IMG/VR virus record: IMGVR_UViG_3300025141_000020
Span: 62,001 to 126,000 of that record
Strand: one strand, 5' to 3'
Length of the DNA: 64,000 bases
Under the pieces are notes generated by a model. It saw only the letters and a program-made list of their open reading frames with translations. It was not told the origin of the DNA and ran no database searches. Positions 28,475 through 38,038 of the stretch are shown here, piece by piece. Each line of letters begins with the position of its first letter. Position 1 is the first letter of the stretch. A program made the position numbers and the translations under genes.

Positions 28475-30661
28475 TTAAACACTATTTAGTTGTGAATACA
28501 TATCTTGTTTATTACCTGAAGGTAGTTTACTAAACGCATCCATAAAGGCTCTAGCATTAATTTTAGCGGATTCACCTTCACCTTGTACTGTTATTGTACC
28601 ACCAACTTGTAGTGTTCCACCACCTCCGCCACCTTGTGAACCCATTAATGCTGATTCTAAAGCATTTATACCTTGACCACCATCCATTTGTGTCCCAGTA
28701 ACAATAAAATCACCAGCTTTAGTTTTTCTAATCTCACCATCGGGGGAAATAATTGCGTCATTTAATTGGACTGCGTCTTTGAACATGTTAGTCACACTAT
28801 TTAGGAATTCTCCACTGAAGGAGTCCAATATTTCCTTTTTTTGCTTTTTCTGTTCTGCAAGTAATTTGTCTAAGGCATCTTGGTCGGTGGTACTTAATGT
28901 TCCTCCTCCCTGCTTTTTCTTTTCTTCTAAAATATCAATCTCCGCTTTCCTACCTTCAAGTTCTTTCTGTTGTGCTGGTGTTATTTTGTTGTCTGTTGGT
29001 AATGTATCGGCTAGCATTTGCGAAGCTGTCATCGCGTCCACATCAGTTGACTTGCCCCCCAGCACCCTTATCTGTACCCGAGCTGCCGCTTCAATACGGG
29101 CTAAAGCTTGTTCACTTTTTTCTGCGACCGTAAGTTGTTGTTTATATATATCAGTATCTGACATGCCCTCCTTTCTTAATAGCTCCATTTGTTCGTCAGT
29201 AACATTAGCGACATCAACCATTTCTTCAATACCAGGTATTTTAACTTGTGCGGTACCACCTTTCCCTATTTGAGCCATTGATGCTATTAACTCTTTGTCT
29301 GTTTCAGACATATCCCCAACAAATTCTAATTCTGAGAATACTGCTGCTCTTCTAGCAGATTTTACAGCTGTATCCGCTAATTCTTGATAACTCATCCCCA
29401 TAGCTTCCGCTTGGTCCCTTAATTGTCTTCTTGATTCTGGTGATATTGTAAATTTACCTTTTTCTTTATCGAAGGTAACAGCTGCAGCAGCGGTCTCCAC
29501 AATAGCGTCTTGTAATCCTTCTAGGTCGTTAGTAGCCATATACATTAACTTAAATGGGTCGGCTAGGTCTCCTACCGCACCACCAATTACCTGCATTCTA
29601 GCTGCAAAGTCTATCGCTCCTTCCGGGTCTAAGAATTTTTCTGCCATACCGGTTACAGTAGACATTTCTAAACCAAGAGCTTGTGAACGAACAACCATTC
29701 TCGCTAACCCTTCTACACCATTTTCAAATCCGTATGTATTAATTAATTTTATATTACCACTAACATCCGTTAAAAATTGTTCCATAGTAGCCCCTAACTC
29801 TTGTCCTGTTTGTATTACCTCTGTAAGGGCTCCATCAGCATCATTAATTCCACCAATAGCATCATCTAATGCATAACCCGCGGTATCAAAAGCGTCAGCA
29901 AATTTAGCAGCATCAAAACCATCTAAAGTTTTAGTTAATAATGCGGTTCTATCCATAACCTCAGGTGAAATATAGAGATTTCTCCCAATTTCTTGAGTCA
30001 TGGCTTTAAACACCGCTAATAACTCGTTTGCTTTTAGTCCATAGTTGGCTCCTTCTGTCGCAGCTTCATTAATTAACTCTATTTGGTCTATTAGTTGAGC
30101 GTTGGATAGTCCTATGGATTTAGATAGGTCTAGTCTTAGGGTATCTTCATAAGCTAATAAATCTAGTACTTTCCCCATATTATCTGCTGTCACTAGAGTA
30201 CCACGACTTATATCAGTTATAATCTTACTTATCTCTTGTATGTCACCAACAGACATATCAGCCATAGGTGTACGTTGTTTGTTAAGTTCGTCTAAGGTCT
30301 TCCATAACTCAGCATGTAAACCTGAACCAGTAACACTAGTTCTCTTAGCGTCATTACCTATATACCGTTGTAATTGTGCAACTTCTTTTTCTAATCTTGC
30401 AATTTTATCTGAGTCAGACTCTATAGGTGAAAAATAAGAAGGGATTGGGGTTTCTATACCTAATAATAAGGCTAGTTTATATGATATTGGATTACCTTTC
30501 TTTCCGTAACGTTTTATGGAATTTACTCGGTCTTTGTAAGTTGGTTCGTCTTTAGTGTTAAAAATACCTATTGGCACTCCTAATTCAGGGTGCGAAGCTA
30601 AATAAGACTTAGCTCCAGATAAAATACGTTCAATGGATAATTGTTTTAACAAACTAATCAT
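28475..30661 (-). CDS. Tape measure protein (putative)
   Basis: Helical Ala/Glu/Gln-rich 728 aa; follows tube and chaperone genes in canonical order. Confidence 0.7.
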   Translation of the reverse strand: MISLLKQLSIERILSGAKSYLASHPELGVPIGIFNTKDEPTYKDRVNSIKRYGKKGNPISYKLALLLGIETPIPSYFSPIESDSDKIARLEKEVAQLQRYIGNDAKRTSVTGSGLHAELWKTLDELNKQRTPMADMSVGDIQEISKIITDISRGTLVTADNMGKVLDLLAYEDTLRLDLSKSIGLSNAQLIDQIELINEAATEGANYGLKANELLAVFKAMTQEIGRNLYISPEVMDRTALLTKTLDGFDAAKFADAFDTAGYALDDAIGGINDADGALTEVIQTGQELGATMEQFLTDVSGNIKLINTYGFENGVEGLARMVVRSQALGLEMSTVTGMAEKFLDPEGAIDFAARMQVIGGAVGDLADPFKLMYMATNDLEGLQDAIVETAAAAVTFDKEKGKFTISPESRRQLRDQAEAMGMSYQELADTAVKSARRAAVFSELEFVGDMSETDKELIASMAQIGKGGTAQVKIPGIEEMVDVANVTDEQMELLRKEGMSDTDIYKQQLTVAEKSEQALARIEAAARVQIRVLGGKSTDVDAMTASQMLADTLPTDNKITPAQQKELEGRKAEIDILEEKKKQGGGTLSTTDQDALDKLLAEQKKQKKEILDSFSGEFLNSVTNMFKDAVQLNDAIISPDGEIRKTKAGDFIVTGTQMDGGQGINALESALMGSQGGGGGGTLQVGGTITVQGEGESAKINARAFMDAFSKLPSGNKQDMYSQLNSV

Positions 30662-30677
30662 AATAATTCTGTTTATT

Positions 30678-30684
30678 ATAAATA
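30678..30684 (-). promoter_or_regulatory. TATTTAT putative late-promoter element
   Basis: 16 nt upstream of tape measure ATG. Confidence 0.55.
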
Positions 30685-30685
30685 G

Positions 30686-30901
30686 TTAGGATGAGGATTT
30701 CCTTTTGTTATTTGCTTGTTCTATTGCTTCATTTTTCTTATTAAACTCATCCGTCAAGAAATTAACATAAAATCTCCTCTCAAATGTAGGCATAACCAGT
30801 ATATCACTCCAAGGGATATGTAAGTGCCTCATAAGGTAGTAAAATTCTTGTAATAGGGCGTTCCTATATGCCGTAGAAAGGACGAAAAAACTCAATTCCA
30901 A
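30686..30901 (-). CDS. Tail assembly chaperone frameshift extension (GT-like)
   Basis: No ATG start; overlaps chaperone 3' end in +1 frame across G-TTT-TTT-C; ends just before tape measure. Confidence 0.65.
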   Translation of the reverse strand: MELSFFVLSTAYRNALLQEFYYLMRHLHIPWSDILVMPTFERRFYVNFLTDEFNKKNEAIEQANNKRKSSS

Positions 30902-31616
30902 AGGCTATTCTAGCGCCAATCTCCTGGTTGGATGGGGTCTTAACTTTAATGTTAAGGTCTAGTTCTGGGGCATTTTCTCTAACCACTTTTCTAATGGTTT
31001 GGGAATCTTTTATAGGCATAATCTGAATAGTCTGTGATAGTGTCATTGGGTCTCTAACACCGTCTATCTCTTTCACCACCATCTCTAACTGTTTTGTTAT
31101 ATAAGGGTTAATAGGGTGGTCTTTATAGGTCTCGTTAATTTTTTGTAAGGCTTTTTCTATTTTAGGTGAAATTAGTGTTAGCTTACATTTCTTTTTTGAT
31201 ATCTCTAAGTAATGGTCAAACTCACCTTTTTCATCTAATTCAACACCAACCTCTTTTGTTTTTAATACAGATAGGTCAATAGTTGTGTCGAACTCTTTAT
31301 CAGTTTTTGGGTCTTTAATTGTCACCTTATAGTCGGAACCAAAAGCTGTGTTACGTAAGAAAATTAATATGGCTTCTTTATCACAGTCAGCTAATTCATC
31401 TACACGTATATCTTTATCTAATATTTTTCTTTCTAATAAGCTATTAACTAAATTAATACTACCGACCATAGATGGTGTAGATAATAGATTCTCGTCAGAA
31501 GCATTTAGGTAAGTTACTTTAACACTCTTTTTATTTGTTGTATAAAAAACCCCTTGTGATGGTAAAGCTACCATATCATAAGGTAATATTGACTCTTGTG
31601 GTTGTTCTGTTTGCAT
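30864..31616 (-). CDS. Tail/baseplate assembly chaperone (gp26-like)
   Basis: LPSQGVFY, YLNASDENLLS, DKEAILIFLRNTAFG and C-terminal FGIEFFRP; between tube and tape measure. Confidence 0.75.
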   Translation of the reverse strand: MQTEQPQESILPYDMVALPSQGVFYTTNKKSVKVTYLNASDENLLSTPSMVGSINLVNSLLERKILDKDIRVDELADCDKEAILIFLRNTAFGSDYKVTIKDPKTDKEFDTTIDLSVLKTKEVGVELDEKGEFDHYLEISKKKCKLTLISPKIEKALQKINETYKDHPINPYITKQLEMVVKEIDGVRDPMTLSQTIQIMPIKDSQTIRKVVRENAPELDLNIKVKTPSNQEIGARIAFGIEFFRPFYGI

Positions 31617-31681
31617 ATTATTAATATATTTTAATTGCTTTAATTGTAAATACTTAGATTTATGTTTTATAAGCTATTGCA

Positions 31682-31709
31682 ATGATATTATTACAAATAC
31701 TAAAGTCAA
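31682..31709 (-). promoter_or_regulatory. Possible promoter TTGACT-N16-TATCAT (TATTTAC variant also at 31646-31652)
   Basis: Between tube terminator and chaperone ATG. Confidence 0.4.
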
Positions 31710-31732
31710 GACATAAGATAAATTAATAGCAT

Positions 31733-31756
31733 AAAAAAAGTCTCTTACGAGACCTT
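31733..31756 (-). terminator. Intrinsic terminator after tail tube gene
   Basis: GGTCTC-GTAA-GAGACT followed by T-run on minus strand. Confidence 0.75.
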
Positions 31757-31778
31757 AATTATTTTTATGTAAAATATA

Positions 31779-32267
31779 TTAGTAAACCAAGATACATCTA
31801 TCTGGTCTTAAGGTAGCTGATATATTGGCTAAACCATCATCGCTATAACTTAAATCGTTAAAGTTAACGTCAGTTAAGAAAGCTCCTTGTAATATCCATT
31901 TTTCTACTACCACCCCTGTTGGGTCTAACAACTCTAAATCTATATTTTTCTTATATCCTGCGGCATAACCCATTCTACCTGTAACTGACTCTGAATGCAT
32001 TCTTACCCACTCCATAAGTGCTTGTGCTGCTGAAGGACCGATAGGGTCTCTAAAGGTTACGTTGATTGTTCCCCAAACAAATCTACCAGCAACATATGTT
32101 GATGTGTTTAGAAAAGGTACCTCTACGGAGTTTATAGTAATTTGTGGTCTAGATGTACTTTCCACATACCATTCATTGATGCCTAAAGAAGAGTCAAATC
32201 TTAGGATAAACCTATTTTTCTTTTTAGGTTCGTAAGGTACGGGCATTTTCATTAACAAGTCAGCCAT
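31779..32267 (-). CDS. Tail tube protein (gp19-like)
   Basis: YEPKKKNRFILRF, RPQITINSVEVPFLN, WGTINVTFRD, YKKNIDLELLDPTG..VEKWILQGAF. Confidence 0.88.
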   Translation of the reverse strand: MADLLMKMPVPYEPKKKNRFILRFDSSLGINEWYVESTSRPQITINSVEVPFLNTSTYVAGRFVWGTINVTFRDPIGPSAAQALMEWVRMHSESVTGRMGYAAGYKKNIDLELLDPTGVVVEKWILQGAFLTDVNFNDLSYSDDGLANISATLRPDRCILVY

Positions 32268-32326
32268 TGTATTTTATTTTTTTTTAATTGTTATTTTTTT
32301 ACTAATAGGAATAAAATCCTTTTATT

Positions 32327-32333
32327 ATAAATA
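32327..32333 (-). promoter_or_regulatory. TATTTAT putative late-promoter element
   Basis: Intergenic, about 60 nt upstream of tube ATG. Confidence 0.55.
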
Positions 32334-32358
32334 TACGGTTATGGGAAAAAATGTGTGT

Positions 32359-33219
32359 TTAACCTTTCTTAATTATAATTTTTCCATATCCACCTTCAGA
32401 TGTGTCATAAACAATAAATGACATTTCTGGAAACTCGTATTGTAATTCATCTTTAATATAGTTAACCATAGCATTTACATTACCTAAATCATCATCACTA
32501 AACCCTATAGATAATTTATTATATTTGGAATTAACCATTTTATTTGCCCCGTTCATAACTTTCCTAACGTAACTTCTAAAAGCTAATTTTTTATTTTCTT
32601 CTGGGTTTATAGCTGAACTATGTTCTATACCAAATTTATCAGCAAACTCAATAGATGATACTGGGTGGTATTCTATATTATCTAAATATACCTCTAAAGT
32701 CTTGTCTGGTGTTAAATACTTAGTTTCTGGATAGGCTTGTTGTATGTTGGTTAACATATCAGACAATTCATCTTCATTAAAAGTTCTAGCTATAATTAAG
32801 TCCATACCCTTTCTCAATGTTATTGGTTGGTGTCCTCTGGCTGTTATAATAGATATTGGGTTTGCATATATTAAAGCTTCTTTAAACTTATCGAAGGACG
32901 GTGCAAAAGATTCCTTTTCTATTGCTTTTTTTAAATCTTTAATGAATTCCTTTTCTTCTCTAAAATTATAAAATGCGTCATCATCTAATTTATAATTTTT
33001 ATCATTTCTTACTTTTGAGAATTCTTCTGTGGATACTTGTGTTGCCTTCCATTTACCATTTTCGTATTTAACCATTCTAATTAGTGTGGGCATATTAACT
33101 ATGTTGTCGTCCCAATCAAAAGAATAGGCTCTAAGTGTATTATCCACCTCATTGTTTTGTTCTAATAGTTTAGATAACCATTTAACTTGTCTTTCACTAA
33201 TTATTATTTTTTGTTTCAT
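32359..33219 (-). CDS. HAD-superfamily phosphatase-like protein
   Basis: Motif I FDWDDN, motif II ITARG, motif III NKK, motif IV GFSDDD. Confidence 0.7.
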   Translation of the reverse strand: MKQKIIISERQVKWLSKLLEQNNEVDNTLRAYSFDWDDNIVNMPTLIRMVKYENGKWKATQVSTEEFSKVRNDKNYKLDDDAFYNFREEKEFIKDLKKAIEKESFAPSFDKFKEALIYANPISIITARGHQPITLRKGMDLIIARTFNEDELSDMLTNIQQAYPETKYLTPDKTLEVYLDNIEYHPVSSIEFADKFGIEHSSAINPEENKKLAFRSYVRKVMNGANKMVNSKYNKLSIGFSDDDLGNVNAMVNYIKDELQYEFPEMSFIVYDTSEGGYGKIIIKKG

Positions 33220-33224
33220 ATAAT

Positions 33225-33231
33225 ATAAATA
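33225..33231 (-). promoter_or_regulatory. TATTTAT putative late-promoter element
   Basis: 5 nt upstream of ATG 33219. Confidence 0.5.
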
Positions 33232-33239
33232 CTATTTTA

Positions 33240-33271
33240 TTTGGTTAATCTATATTTTTTATTTATCTTTG
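33240..33271 (+). promoter_or_regulatory. Bacteroidota-type promoter TTTG-N20-TATCTTTG
   Basis: Exact match to the -33 TTTG / -7 TAnnTTTG consensus, upstream of ORF 33363. Confidence 0.6.
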
Positions 33272-33362
33272 TAGTAGAATTAATAATAGTAATGATGTAA
33301 CCTAAACCCGAATTAGTTCGTATATATATGTAAGAAAGTATTAACCACCTAAAAAAATAATT

Positions 33363-33614
33363 ATGACACTTGTAGAAACCTTAACCACTTATTTGGTTTG
33401 TTCCGAAATATTAATGATGTTTTTCTTAATGATTAACTCAGAAGAAATTAAAAAGTCTTATATCTCGTTTGAGGATAAGAGAAATGAGGTTCCTTCTGGT
33501 AACTGGTATACTTTTTATATTCTAACCCACATTTTAAAAGCTCCTTTATTGGCCCCGTACATCGTAATTCTAATATTGCTTAATGGTGGTAAATTACTTC
33601 CTGACGAAAATTAA
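33363..33614 (+). CDS. Small membrane protein with two hydrophobic segments
   Basis: 83 aa; hydrophobic N- and C-terminal stretches; own promoter and terminator. Confidence 0.6.
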   Translation: MTLVETLTTYLVCSEILMMFFLMINSEEIKKSYISFEDKRNEVPSGNWYTFYILTHILKAPLLAPYIVILILLNGGKLLPDEN

Positions 33615-33620
33615 ACCATA

Positions 33621-33645
33621 AAAAAAGGTCCTAGTGGACCTTTTT
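33621..33645. terminator. Bidirectional intrinsic terminator
   Basis: AAAAAAGGTCC-TAGT-GGACCTTTTT between convergent genes. Confidence 0.85.
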
Positions 33646-33648
33646 AAT

Positions 33649-34476
33649 TTAAATTCTTGATATTGGTTTAATAACCTGTTTCATTTTTTTGATGTCTTCC
33701 TGAATCAGTCTTTCCCTTTTATCTTCTTTGGTTTCTTCTATATTCTCAGAATCATGAATATGGTCATAATGCATGTCATCTTCTAAATCGTCTATATGAT
33801 ATTCACTGCCCCCATCATGTTTTAAGTCATAAAGTTCTTTGTCGTCATGACCTTCGTCTCTACCGTAATTCATCGCTTCATCATGACCAGAATCTTCTTT
33901 AACTTCTTTAGAAGCTTTTTTCATTGACTCTTTCTTGTCTCCATCACCATCAAGGTCTAAAAAATCCGGTTTTACACCTTCTTCTAATTCTGGATAAGGT
34001 AAATCGTCAGAAACATCTTCATAACTTCTAGGGGTTCTTTGTGATGAACCTGACCCTATTAATTCTGCTGTATAAGTCATAAAGTTTCCTAATTTAGTGA
34101 TTGAGTTTGCTAACTTTCTTCTAGTATCACTATCCTTAATCATGTCATAAGCTTTCTTGATACCATTAATAACGTTTTCTATACCTTCACCTGCGGCAAC
34201 CCCAGGATTTCTATTGTACATTCCTTGTTCCATGATAGTATCAGTATAGTCCTTAATGTTTAAATCTAGATTTTCTTTAACGATAGCTTTACGAATCAGT
34301 CTAAATGCATCACTAATTACAGATTCTACCATAACAGGATTATTAACTTTACCCAACAACCTTTCTAGTTGTTCCTCACTAATAATCACATTCTGTTTTT
34401 TTCCTTCAGTAAAAGTTTTTTTACCACTTAATTGTGACTGGATTGTTTCACTTAACGTTTTTTTATTAAATTTCAT
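33649..34476 (-). CDS. Hypothetical protein with DxDxDG loop and His/Asp-rich tail
   Basis: PDFLDLDGDGDKKESMKKA; HDDKELYDLKHD...HYDHIHD. Confidence 0.7.
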   Translation of the reverse strand: MKFNKKTLSETIQSQLSGKKTFTEGKKQNVIISEEQLERLLGKVNNPVMVESVISDAFRLIRKAIVKENLDLNIKDYTDTIMEQGMYNRNPGVAAGEGIENVINGIKKAYDMIKDSDTRRKLANSITKLGNFMTYTAELIGSGSSQRTPRSYEDVSDDLPYPELEEGVKPDFLDLDGDGDKKESMKKASKEVKEDSGHDEAMNYGRDEGHDDKELYDLKHDGGSEYHIDDLEDDMHYDHIHDSENIEETKEDKRERLIQEDIKKMKQVIKPISRI

Positions 34477-34490
34477 GTTCTCTTTTGTTT

Positions 34491-34497
34491 ATAAATA
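34491..34497 (-). promoter_or_regulatory. TATTTAT putative late-promoter element
   Basis: 14 nt upstream of ATG 34476. Confidence 0.55.
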
Positions 34498-34546
34498 TAC
34501 TTTAAATACGAATGGGGACATTTCCCCACTCATATTATTAATTATT

Positions 34547-37500
34547 CTAAATGTCCTCAAATGATGCCCCTGTAGGTGTTACTAAGAACTCAACAAAAAT
34601 GTATTCTAATGCTCTGGTAGGTTTAATGTATATTTTACCACTCATTTCATTTCTATCTATTTCTTCTGGGTCACTCGAAAGTACTACTCTAAAGTCAGTT
34701 AACCCTCTATCTCTTCTAATAGAATCTAATATTGGATTTACTAAATCTAGGAATTGTTGTCTTACTATGTCGTCATTTTGTTCAAATATTAACCTTACTG
34801 AAACAGCTGATATTAATTTTCTGGTTTGTAATAACAATCTTCTAACATTAATTCTATCTAAAGCAGATTCTTTAAGTTGTAGTGTTTTATTACCCCAAAT
34901 AATTGGTCCTACATCACTAAAGGTTGCGATAGGATTAAGTCTACCAACATATAACGTATCTCTTTCATCTAAAGTTAACTTCTTTCTAGCTTTAACAGCG
35001 TTTACAACACCTCTAGTATAACCAGCCGAAGCAAACCACGGGAATGATACATTATCAGTTAATGCTATATTTCTCATAACTTCTGCCGTTGGTGGTATAA
35101 AGATTTGTTTGTTATTTGCTGCGTCTCTTATTTGTATCCATGGGTAATAAGTGGCTGTATAATTTGAGTCTAGTAATGAGTCTTCCATTCCGTCTACAGC
35201 TTCCTCTGGACTTATCATATTAGTAGCGTCAGTAGTGTTTGCAACAAACATATTATAATCTGGTGTTGTTGTTACATATAATGAATCAGCTCTTTCGTCC
35301 TCAATCATATCAATAGTTTCGTTGACTAGCCCTAAATTATCCACATAATTAATCCCTGGTGTTGCGAAAACATTAATGTCTACAGCTTCTGGATTACTAA
35401 ACGTGTTAATACCTCTTAAGTATGCGTAATAATCTGTGTTAGCTTCAGTACTACTTAGTTTCTTAAATGACCCGTCTCCTACACCAGCAAATTCTGATGT
35501 CGGGCAAGTTCCGTTTAAGAACCCGGTTAATCCCATTCTGTAATCGTCAGTGTTAGACCTTGTTTTTCTATATATATCCCATCCATCGAACCCACCATGT
35601 GGTAATACTGTCCATTTACGAGCTCTTAATTTTTTATATGGGTCCGTACTTAGGGTTGGTTCTGTTCGGAATGTCGCAACCCCACACTGGAATACAGATT
35701 TATTATTTAGTGTTGTTGATGACCAAGATATATATGTCCCTATACCACCTCTAATAACTGTTGCTCCAGAGTCCATATGGAATCCTTGTGTTATTGTATC
35801 CCAGTCTGTACCTTCTGTTCCAGTACATATAGTAGGTGGTTGTAATGATTTATAATCAAAGAAATCGGTGTCGTATCCCACTCCCGCTGAATTACTTATA
35901 CCTAGATAAACTTTTGATAGTTTGTCTCCACCACTTAGAACTTTATTATTCCCTGTACCTGAACCGAATGGTGGGTCATAAATCGCTTCACCCGGAGTAA
36001 AATACTTAGTTTTATAATTTATCCAAGGGTTGAGTGAACAATTATAGGTTCTAAATCTATATCCTTCAAAACCACAAGGTAATGAGCCTACGTAAGTACC
36101 GTCTAGTACACCGTCTCCTAAAAATAACATAATATATTTAGACTTTAACTCAAACTCACCAGTAGAAGTACCTACTTTTCTACCCACAAAAGAAACTTTC
36201 GTTGGGTCCATACTACATCTAGTAAATTTCTCTAACACATTAGGTGCTGCATCACTATCATAGAAGTCTCTAACTAAAATATCAAACTCTCCTCGTTCAA
36301 AAGATAGGTTAGCAAATGATATTTTTACTTCTCTGTTTGCTGAAGTTCCGTCGGATATTGAAACGCATTTAAATAGTCTGAACACGTCAGTACCTTGTAA
36401 TTCAGATACAATCCATGGTGTCTCTGGTGTTCTCCATTCATTCATCTTCCAAGCGATTGTATGTGTGTTTGTCGTTGCTCTTGCTGATGGCAAATATTGT
36501 AAACAACATTGTAACCCTCTAACCTTACCTTTATTCCATAAGTCTTTTAATAATACCGGATAAGTTTCTTCAATAAACAATGGAACATCCTCTTTCTTTT
36601 TATCAAAAGGACTAACCCCAAATACCTTAGACACATAATCTTTAGATGTGTTAGTCATGGAAGTTTTAAATGTATATATGTTTCCAGCCGCTGTTTGTGC
36701 ACTAATTCCAAATGGCTTAAATGGGTCTTCTAATACATCCGCATAAGTTCCTGAACAATCAAAAGTAGTTGTGTCAGCAGTAAGTTCATAAACTGGACCT
36801 CCTGATGATGTAGTACTTATACCCCTGGACCTAAGTGTTGCTACGACAACTCCATCATATTCAGTGTAAGCTGGAACATCACTATATAGTTCTACATTCA
36901 CAGTACATGTTGCTGAATAAACTACTGTTCCTGATAACGCTCCTGCTGTAGAGTCTGTAGTTCCAGTCCCTCCAGAGTAAACAGTTCCTCCGGAATAATT
37001 CCCATGAGTGTCCGCTGATAGTCCCCCGTGATATAATTGATATGACATACCACTATAGGTTCCTCCACTACAACAATCGCTATTTGAGTATGTAAATAAC
37101 CCATAGTACCAAGGGTCATTTTTATATGATGTGTAATCTGTGCAGTCAGTACTTAATCTGTCTGTTATTACTTGTGTTGTGTAACCACTAGTATTTCCAG
37201 TCGCTATTGTGGTTGCTGACGATGTCATACAACCATATTGGTATATTCCTCCATTGTATGCCCAACAACTGCCTGTTGTTGCGGAACAAGTTGCGTTATA
37301 TGCATGATTGGTATTCGTTACAGTGGCTGTTATCCAGGTTATTAAATCTGCGTTAAGTGTTGGTAATGTGGAACCGTTATTTAATGTAATTGTAGATGTA
37401 GCGAAACTAGTGTCTACTATAGGTAAAGTTTGTATTGTTGATAATGTACCGTCAGTGTAAACATCTGACCCTAAAGCTGTACCACTACTACCAGTAATTG

Positions 37501-37942
37501 GTACAAATATATTAAAGAAAGCCGAATAAGCAGTGTCCGTACCTCCAGTATTCCCAACCGTACCACCAGTAGCTACACTAAACTGAGAAGAATCTAAACT
37601 CCCTAAAGTTTTTATAGACCATGATGGTCCTGCGTCAAAACCACTAAGACCTAACACTCTTGTTACAAATAGTTGATTTGATTGACTTAGGTATGATTTT
37701 GATATGTACCCTAATTCGTATTTAGGTATTTGTGAACCTACATATTTTGTTGGCGATGTACCACCAAAACGTGTTATGAAATCATCGTATGATTGTATGA
37801 AAATTGGTTCGAAGGCTGGCCCTTTTAATGCCTCACCTACTAACCCTAATGTTGTAACACCAACACTTTGTGCTACAAATGTTAAATCTTTCTCTGACGT
37901 ATATACACCAGGAGAAACAAATACTTTATTACCGTCTGCCAT
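34547..37942 (-). CDS. Contractile tail sheath protein, 1131 aa
   Basis: FVSPGVYTSEKD, VGEALKGPAFEP, FATPGI, YTATYYPW, PWFASAGYTRG, WGNKTLQ, LDRINVRRLL and IYIKPTRALEYI motifs. Confidence 0.93.
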   Translation of the reverse strand: MADGNKVFVSPGVYTSEKDLTFVAQSVGVTTLGLVGEALKGPAFEPIFIQSYDDFITRFGGTSPTKYVGSQIPKYELGYISKSYLSQSNQLFVTRVLGLSGFDAGPSWSIKTLGSLDSSQFSVATGGTVGNTGGTDTAYSAFFNIFVPITGSSGTALGSDVYTDGTLSTIQTLPIVDTSFATSTITLNNGSTLPTLNADLITWITATVTNTNHAYNATCSATTGSCWAYNGGIYQYGCMTSSATTIATGNTSGYTTQVITDRLSTDCTDYTSYKNDPWYYGLFTYSNSDCCSGGTYSGMSYQLYHGGLSADTHGNYSGGTVYSGGTGTTDSTAGALSGTVVYSATCTVNVELYSDVPAYTEYDGVVVATLRSRGISTTSSGGPVYELTADTTTFDCSGTYADVLEDPFKPFGISAQTAAGNIYTFKTSMTNTSKDYVSKVFGVSPFDKKKEDVPLFIEETYPVLLKDLWNKGKVRGLQCCLQYLPSARATTNTHTIAWKMNEWRTPETPWIVSELQGTDVFRLFKCVSISDGTSANREVKISFANLSFERGEFDILVRDFYDSDAAPNVLEKFTRCSMDPTKVSFVGRKVGTSTGEFELKSKYIMLFLGDGVLDGTYVGSLPCGFEGYRFRTYNCSLNPWINYKTKYFTPGEAIYDPPFGSGTGNNKVLSGGDKLSKVYLGISNSAGVGYDTDFFDYKSLQPPTICTGTEGTDWDTITQGFHMDSGATVIRGGIGTYISWSSTTLNNKSVFQCGVATFRTEPTLSTDPYKKLRARKWTVLPHGGFDGWDIYRKTRSNTDDYRMGLTGFLNGTCPTSEFAGVGDGSFKKLSSTEANTDYYAYLRGINTFSNPEAVDINVFATPGINYVDNLGLVNETIDMIEDERADSLYVTTTPDYNMFVANTTDATNMISPEEAVDGMEDSLLDSNYTATYYPWIQIRDAANNKQIFIPPTAEVMRNIALTDNVSFPWFASAGYTRGVVNAVKARKKLTLDERDTLYVGRLNPIATFSDVGPIIWGNKTLQLKESALDRINVRRLLLQTRKLISAVSVRLIFEQNDDIVRQQFLDLVNPILDSIRRDRGLTDFRVVLSSDPEEIDRNEMSGKIYIKPTRALEYIFVEFLVTPTGASFEDI

Positions 37943-37984
37943 GTCTATTATTTTTTAAAGTTATTATTATTCTGTATTTTATTA

Positions 37985-37991
37985 ATAAATA
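37985..37991 (-). promoter_or_regulatory. TATTTAT putative late-promoter element (second copy 38028-38034)
   Basis: 42 nt upstream of sheath ATG. Confidence 0.55.
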
Positions 37992-38022
37992 CCTAATCTA
38001 AACCCAAAAGTTTTTTGAAATG

Positions 38023-38038
38023 GATGTATAAATACATC
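38023..38038. promoter_or_regulatory. Inverted repeat GATGTAT-AA-ATACATC, candidate operator
   Basis: 7-bp perfect arms between divergent sheath and RHH-like genes; contains a TATTTAT copy. Confidence 0.4.

Noticed and set aside
32300-32325. AGGA...TCCT hairpin in the tube gene leader
   Set aside because: Stem is too short and AT-rich to distinguish from chance
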